Source: Candidatus Thermofontivivens primus (GTDB lineage: Bacteria; Sysuimicrobiota; Sysuimicrobiia; Sysuimicrobiales; Thermofontiviventaceae). From it: a DNA stretch of 12,623 bases. Under the pieces are notes generated by a model, which ran no database searches, was not told where the DNA came from, and worked only from the letters and a program-made list of their open reading frames with translations. Shown here piece after piece: positions 8,714-12,623 of the stretch. Position numbers and translations under genes: made by a program. The stretch is from contig JAVKJW010000034.1 in assembly GCA_031458695.1 (NCBI GenBank), forward strand, positions 1 through 12,623, given 5' to 3'. The first letter of the stretch is position 1. The number at the start of each line of letters is the position of its first letter.

Positions 8714-8854
8714 CTACTCATCGTCCTCGGGATCGTAAAGTTCTTCCTCTTCGGGGATAAACACCGTGCCACAATGGGGACAGACGGCGCTATCGTCGGG
8801 GGAAGTAAGCAGCATGAACACCGCATGACAATTTGGACAGGTGAGGCGGATCAT
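8714..8854 (-). CDS. Small zinc-ribbon protein with acidic C-terminal tail (46 aa), function unknown
   Basis: Too short for the ORF track. Translation MIRLTCPNCHAVFMLLTSPDDSAVCPHCGTVFIPEEEELYDPEDDE*: two knuckles (CPNC, CPHCG) 15 residues apart and 9 acidic residues in the last 12. Starts 23 nt after the sigH stop on the same strand. SD is weak. Confidence 0.8.
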   Translation of the reverse strand: MIRLTCPNCHAVFMLLTSPDDSAVCPHCGTVFIPEEEELYDPEDDE

Positions 8855-8877
8855 CGACACTCAGCGTTCGTGCACTT

Positions 8878-9516
8878 TCAATCGTTCCAAGCGGCCAGGT
8901 TCCTCTCGAGCTTCCGCTTCACACGCTGCAAAGCATTGTCAATAGACTTCACGTGGCGGTTGAGCTCGTTGGCCATCTCCTGGTAGGACTTCCCCTCAAG
9001 GTAGGCCGTCAGGACCTTGTGCTCCAGCTCACTCAGATTCTTCTTGATCTGGTCCCGCATTGTCGCCGAAGCTTCCTGGTCAATGACCAGCTCCTCGGGA
9101 TCCGAGACCTTGATGCTGGAGATGACGTCCAGGAGGGTCCTGTCGGAATCCTCATCGTAGATTGGCTTGTTCAGGGAGATATAGGAGTTCAAGGGGATGT
9201 GCTTCTGGCGCGTCGCAGTCTTAATGGCGGTGATGATCTGGCGGGTGATGCAGAGCTCGGCGAACGCGCGGAAGGAGGTGAGCTTCTCCCGCCGGAAGTC
9301 CCGGATCGCCTTGTATAACCCGATCATCCCCTCCTGGATGATGTCCTCACGATCTGCCCCAATGAGGAAGTAGGACTTCGCTTTCACCCGGACGAAATTG
9401 CGGTACTTGTTGATGAGGTACTCCGCAGCGCGATCATCTCCACGTCTTGCACGCTCCACCAAATCTTCATCGAGCATCTCGTGGTAGTGAGCCGTGTCAC
9501 GTCGCACCAACGCCAC
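8878..9516 (-). CDS. sigH: RNA polymerase sigma-H factor (Spo0H/SigH family), about 212 aa
   Basis: KYRNFVRVKAKSYFLIGADREDIIQEGMIGLYKAIRDF, SFRAFAELCITRQIITAIKTATRQKHIPLNSYISL and KSIDNALQRVKRKLE are diagnostic of SigH. GTG 9516 is preferred as start (GGTGGGGG SD); ATG 9543 is an in-frame alternative with no SD. Confidence 0.96.
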   Translation of the reverse strand: MALVRRDTAHYHEMLDEDLVERARRGDDRAAEYLINKYRNFVRVKAKSYFLIGADREDIIQEGMIGLYKAIRDFRREKLTSFRAFAELCITRQIITAIKTATRQKHIPLNSYISLNKPIYDEDSDRTLLDVISSIKVSDPEELVIDQEASATMRDQIKKNLSELEHKVLTAYLEGKSYQEMANELNRHVKSIDNALQRVKRKLERNLAAWND

Positions 9517-9593
9517 CCTATCGCCCCCACCCGGTGAGATCATTGACTGGAGGACAGCATCGGTTTCATAAGACCCTGCAGAATGTCATCTCT

Positions 9594-9622
9594 ATTATAA
9601 GAGGAGGCCTTCTCTCCGTCAA
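9594..9622 (-). promoter_or_regulatory. Near-consensus housekeeping-sigma promoter for sigH
   Basis: Minus strand TTGACG (9622-9617), 17-nt spacer, TATAAT (9599-9594), lying between the rlmB stop and sigH. Confidence 0.85.
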
Positions 9623-9642
9623 GCAAAAACCGCACCTGGTGC

Positions 9643-10398
9643 TTACTTCAGAACCCTCTCCCTCTGACGCACCACCTCATAGATGAGGATCCCCGCAGCC
9701 ACTGCGGCGTTCAGCGACCCAACGTGCCCGAACATGGGGATCTTCACCAGAATGTCACAGTGCTCCCGGACAAGACGGCTGAGCCCCTTCCCCTCCCCTC
9801 CAATCACGAGGACAATGGGCGGGGTCATCATCGCATCGGTGTAATTGGTGGTCGCTTCCGGATCGGCCCCGACAATCCAGAACCCTTGGGCTTTCAGCTC
9901 TTCCAGGGTCCTCGCGAGGTTCGTCACAACCGCTACGGGGATGTACTCCACGGCACCGCTAGAGGCCTTGGCCACAGCGGGGGTCAGTCCCGCTGCACGG
10001 CGCTTGGGGATGATGACGCCATGAGCGCCCGCCACCTCGGCGGTGCGGATGATCGAACCCAGGTTGTGGGGATCCTGGATCCCGTCGAGGGCTACGAGGA
10101 AGGGAGGGCGGTCTCCGGCGGAACGGAGGATCTCCTCGAGGGGAACAGTGGGGCGAGGCGCCGCCATGGCGATGATACTCTGGTGCGCACCTGTGCGGGA
10201 GATCTGGTCGAGCCTGCGGCGATCCACAAACTGGACAACAATGCCCCGGCGCTTCGCCTCCTCCAGGATCTCCTGGAGGAGCCCGTGGACGTGTACGCCC
10301 TTCCCCACCAGGATCCGGCGGAGCGGGCGGCCTGCCCGAAGGGCCTCACGCACCGGGTGCCGTCCCTCAATGAGCTGCTCCTGGAGTTTCTCCTCCAT
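9643..10398 (-). CDS. rlmB: 23S rRNA (guanosine(2251)-2'-O)-methyltransferase, TrmH/SPOUT family, 251 aa
   Basis: IEGRHPVREAL, LDGIQDPHNLGSIIRTA, AKASSGA, VIGGEGKGLSRLV and IPMFGHVGSLNAAVAAGILIYE motifs. ATG 10398 lies 1 nt after the cysS stop, suggesting translational coupling; the track start at 10644 lies inside cysS. Confidence 0.95.
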   Translation of the reverse strand: MEEKLQEQLIEGRHPVREALRAGRPLRRILVGKGVHVHGLLQEILEEAKRRGIVVQFVDRRRLDQISRTGAHQSIIAMAAPRPTVPLEEILRSAGDRPPFLVALDGIQDPHNLGSIIRTAEVAGAHGVIIPKRRAAGLTPAVAKASSGAVEYIPVAVVTNLARTLEELKAQGFWIVGADPEATTNYTDAMMTPPIVLVIGGEGKGLSRLVREHCDILVKIPMFGHVGSLNAAVAAGILIYEVVRQRERVLK

Positions 10399-10399
10399 T

Positions 10400-11986
10400 T
10401 CAACTTCGCCCGCGGCCCCGGATTCTCCAGCGCGTCCCCGTAGGGAGGTCCTCGATGACGATGCCCAGCTCTTGGAGCCGCGCGCGGATTCCATCGGCGG
10501 TTGACCAATCCCTCGCCTCCCGCGCTCGCTGCCGGGCGTGGAGAATGGCCTCAAGGATCCCATCGAGGCGCGCGAGATCCCCTTCCTCTTCCATTCCCTT
10601 AGCTGGCCCGGTGCCGGAGAAAAGCTCCGGGTGCTTCCCCTCAAGTTCCTTCCAGAGCTCCCATAGCTGGCTCAAGAGCTCTTCCATTTCCACGGGCCGC
10701 TCGAGGCGGAACCCAAGTACTTCGAGGAATTCCTTGAGTGTCTCCTTGGCCTTCACCAGCACCGCCATGGCCCCTCCTGGGTTGCGGACCTGGGGTGATC
10801 CCTTGACTAGGGCATCGGAGACGCGGTTCATCTCGGTGGCCAAGTCAAAGAGCGCGGCGATGGCTAAGGGCGTGTTCAGGTCATCATCCATGGCCTCGAG
10901 GAAACGCTCGCGCACCTGCCCGATCTGCGCTTCCAGCTCCTGCACAGGCTCGTCCATAGGTGCGGAGGGATCGGGCACGAAGCGGCGCTGGAGGATCTCC
11001 ACATTCTCCACCGCTCCCAGGAGGCGTTCGAACCCGCGCTCACTGGCCCAGACCCCTTCCTCACTCCATGTCAGCGGGCTGCGGTAGTGAGAGGAGAGGA
11101 AGAACAGCCGCAATGCATTGGGAGAGAAGCGCTCCAAGGCCTGCTCAATGGTGACGATGTTGCCAAGGTGACGCGTCATCTTTTCCTGGTCCTCCCTGGG
11201 CTTGAGCAGGCCATTGTGGACCCAGAAGCGGGCAAAGGGAGCCTTACCTGTGAAGCTCTCAGATTGGGCGATCTCGTTCTCGTGGTGGGGAAAGATCACA
11301 TCCTGGCCGCCCCCGTGGATATCGAGTTGCTCCCCGAGGAACTGGATGGACATCGCCGAGCACTCAATGTGCCAACCTGGCCGGCCTGGACCCCAGGGGC
11401 TTTCCCAGCTCGGTTCCCCTGGTTTGGCCGACTTCCACAGGGCGAAGTCCATGGGATGCTCCTTGCGCGGGTCGATCTCGATACGAGTCCCTGCCTGCAT
11501 CTCCTCAAGAGAACGGCCGGAAAGCTTCCCATAGGAGCGGAAGGAGGTCACGCGGAAGTACACGTCTCCATTCACCACGTAGGCATGCCCTTTCTCGATA
11601 AGGCCAGAGATCAGCTCGATCATCTTGGGAATGGCCTCGGTGGCGCGGGGGTAATGGTGCGCGCGCTTGACGTTGAGGGCGTCCATCTCCCGGAAGAACC
11701 GCTCGATATAGCGCTTGGCGAGTTCCTGGATCGTCGTGTTCTCCGCATTGGCCACCTCGATGATCCGGTCCTCTACGTCGGTGAAGTTCTGCACATGGAT
11801 GACCTCGTATCCCCGGTACTCCAGGTACCGCCGGAGGACGTCAAAGACGACGTAGGAGAGCGCATGCCCCACGTGGCAGGGACCATAGAGGTTTGGCCCG
11901 CACACGTACATGCGAACCCGTCCGGGTTCCAGCGTCACAAATGGTTCCTTCCGCTTGGTCAGCGTATTATAGAGCACAAGACCCAT
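10400..11986 (-). CDS. cysS: Cysteine--tRNA ligase, 528 aa
   Basis: LYNTLT..KE.F, MYVCGP..Y...HVGH, NFTDVED, DFALWK, SPWGPGRPGWHIECSAM, DIHGGG.D..FPHHENEIAQSE, HYRSPL, AMDDDLNTP and AD.IR..L...GI..ED. ATG 11986 with SD AGGAGG. Confidence 0.95.
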   Translation of the reverse strand: MGLVLYNTLTKRKEPFVTLEPGRVRMYVCGPNLYGPCHVGHALSYVVFDVLRRYLEYRGYEVIHVQNFTDVEDRIIEVANAENTTIQELAKRYIERFFREMDALNVKRAHHYPRATEAIPKMIELISGLIEKGHAYVVNGDVYFRVTSFRSYGKLSGRSLEEMQAGTRIEIDPRKEHPMDFALWKSAKPGEPSWESPWGPGRPGWHIECSAMSIQFLGEQLDIHGGGQDVIFPHHENEIAQSESFTGKAPFARFWVHNGLLKPREDQEKMTRHLGNIVTIEQALERFSPNALRLFFLSSHYRSPLTWSEEGVWASERGFERLLGAVENVEILQRRFVPDPSAPMDEPVQELEAQIGQVRERFLEAMDDDLNTPLAIAALFDLATEMNRVSDALVKGSPQVRNPGGAMAVLVKAKETLKEFLEVLGFRLERPVEMEELLSQLWELWKELEGKHPELFSGTGPAKGMEEEGDLARLDGILEAILHARQRAREARDWSTADGIRARLQELGIVIEDLPTGTRWRIRGRGRS

Positions 11987-12081
11987 TCTTCCCTCCTGTT
12001 GAGCATTCGACACATGGATACCCCTCATGCCGTATGACCAGATCCCCACCAAGATCTGTCGCAGGATTTTGGTGTGTTGAC

Positions 12082-12462
12082 TTAGACGCGCTTAGGCACA
12101 CGTCGAACCGGGATGGCATCGAGAGCGGCGTGGACCTCCCAGCGGGGCATAAGACGCAACGTCCACGGGTCCATCTGCCACCTCCGCCGGAGGTCGAAAG
12201 CGCCGCGGTCGGTGATGACCCGCAGGTAGTACTCCCCATGCTCCCTTCGAGACTCCACCACCTTCTGGATAGCGTAATACTTCCGGTCCATCCAGAAGCC
12301 CAAAACCTTGGAGTGAGGAACTCCAGGGCGTTCCAGCTCGATCGCAATAGGCTGGTCCAAGAAGGTTCTCTCCACCAGGACGAACTCCCTGTGCTGCTTC
12401 ACCTGCCGCAGCAAGCGCTCGTTGATTTTCTCCTTCCTGGCCCTGACCTCTTTCCGCCGCAT
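12082..12462 (-). CDS. Hypothetical basic protein, 126 aa, with a DUF6504-like core
   Basis: Fills the ispF-cysS gap on the operon strand, with SD GAGGA. The pattern 'LGFWMDRKYYAIQKVVE...YYLRVITDRGAFDLRR...W' resembles, from memory, DUF6504-type small domains (FxWxGxxYxVxxVxx...YFRVxTxxGxFxL...W). Family assignment is tentative. Confidence 0.7.
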   Translation of the reverse strand: MRRKEVRARKEKINERLLRQVKQHREFVLVERTFLDQPIAIELERPGVPHSKVLGFWMDRKYYAIQKVVESRREHGEYYLRVITDRGAFDLRRRWQMDPWTLRLMPRWEVHAALDAIPVRRVPKRV

Positions 12463-12498
12463 CGCGTTCCTCGTAGCCTCAGTGCGCGAGCAAAACCC

Positions 12499-12623
12499 TC
12501 AAGCCGATCCCTTCGATTCGATGAGCGTGCACACGGCGTAGGCCGCAATCCCCTCTTCTCTCCCCAGCGCCCCTAGCCCTTCTGGGGTTGTCGCCTTGAT
12601 GTTGACTCGCCAAGGCGGGACCC
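12499..12623 (-). CDS. ispF: 2-C-methyl-D-erythritol 2,4-cyclodiphosphate synthase, C-terminal fragment (IspF or bifunctional IspDF)
   Basis: Not in the ORF track. Hand translation ...VPPWRVNIKATTPEGLGALGREEGIAAYAVCTLIESKGSA* matches the IspF C-terminal signature VNxKATTxExLGxxGRxEGIAAxAV. Upstream-of-cysS position is the usual one. Confidence 0.9.
   Translation of the reverse strand, partial: VPPWRVNIKATTPEGLGALGREEGIAAYAVCTLIESKGSA

Noticed and set aside
8714..8854. Calling the small zinc-ribbon ORF rpmG (L33) because it follows sigH
   Set aside because: L33 is strongly basic, has a longer knuckle spacing and NY.T.KN/LELKKYC motifs; this peptide is acidic and has none of them.
8660..8986. 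108-aa plus-strand ORF with a hydrophobic stretch (GILLIVLGIVKFFLFG)
   Set aside because: The hydrophobic run is the antisense reading of the acidic tail of the 46-aa ORF; it also overlaps the sigH 3' end.
10400..11986. Reassigning the divergent CysRS as MshC or another tRNA-independent Cys ligase
   Set aside because: It keeps a full C-terminal anticodon-binding domain and the canonical position upstream of rlmB.
11987..12081. T-box leader upstream of cysS
   Set aside because: The gap is only 95 nt and has no GGTGGnACCGCG T-box sequence or terminator; only a short CAGATC/GATCTG hairpin is present.
12061..12090. GCAGGATTTT on the plus strand, resembling a SigH -35 element
   Set aside because: No GAAT -10 at the right spacing, and it points antisense into the hypothetical gene.
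12560..12580. Suspected frameshift in ispF at a G run
   Set aside because: Recounting gives CTA GGG GCG CTG; the frame is intact through to the TGA at 12499.

Overview
GC-rich bacterial chromosomal window of mostly housekeeping and accessory-metabolism genes. No mobile element, CRISPR array, tRNA or rRNA is recognisable. Left to right: cofE (F420-0:gamma-glutamyl ligase, 3'-truncated, absent from the ORF track) downstream of a fused two-module M16 zinc peptidase; a peroxiredoxin divergent from pncB; an M20 metallopeptidase; an orphan thioredoxin-type arsC divergent from moaA; then a minus-strand block ispF(partial) - DUF6504-like ORF - cysS - rlmB - sigH - small 46-aa zinc-ribbon/acidic-tail ORF. 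That block is a remodelled version of the Bacillus-type ispF-gltX-cysE-cysS-mrnC-rlmB-rae1-sigH-rpmG region. The most notable items are the unannotated 46-aa CxxC...CxxC protein with a very acidic tail right behind sigH, a CysRS whose KMSKS loop reads KMTRH, and the unknown ORF between ispF and cysS. Gene calls come from recognising motifs by eye; no database search was run.
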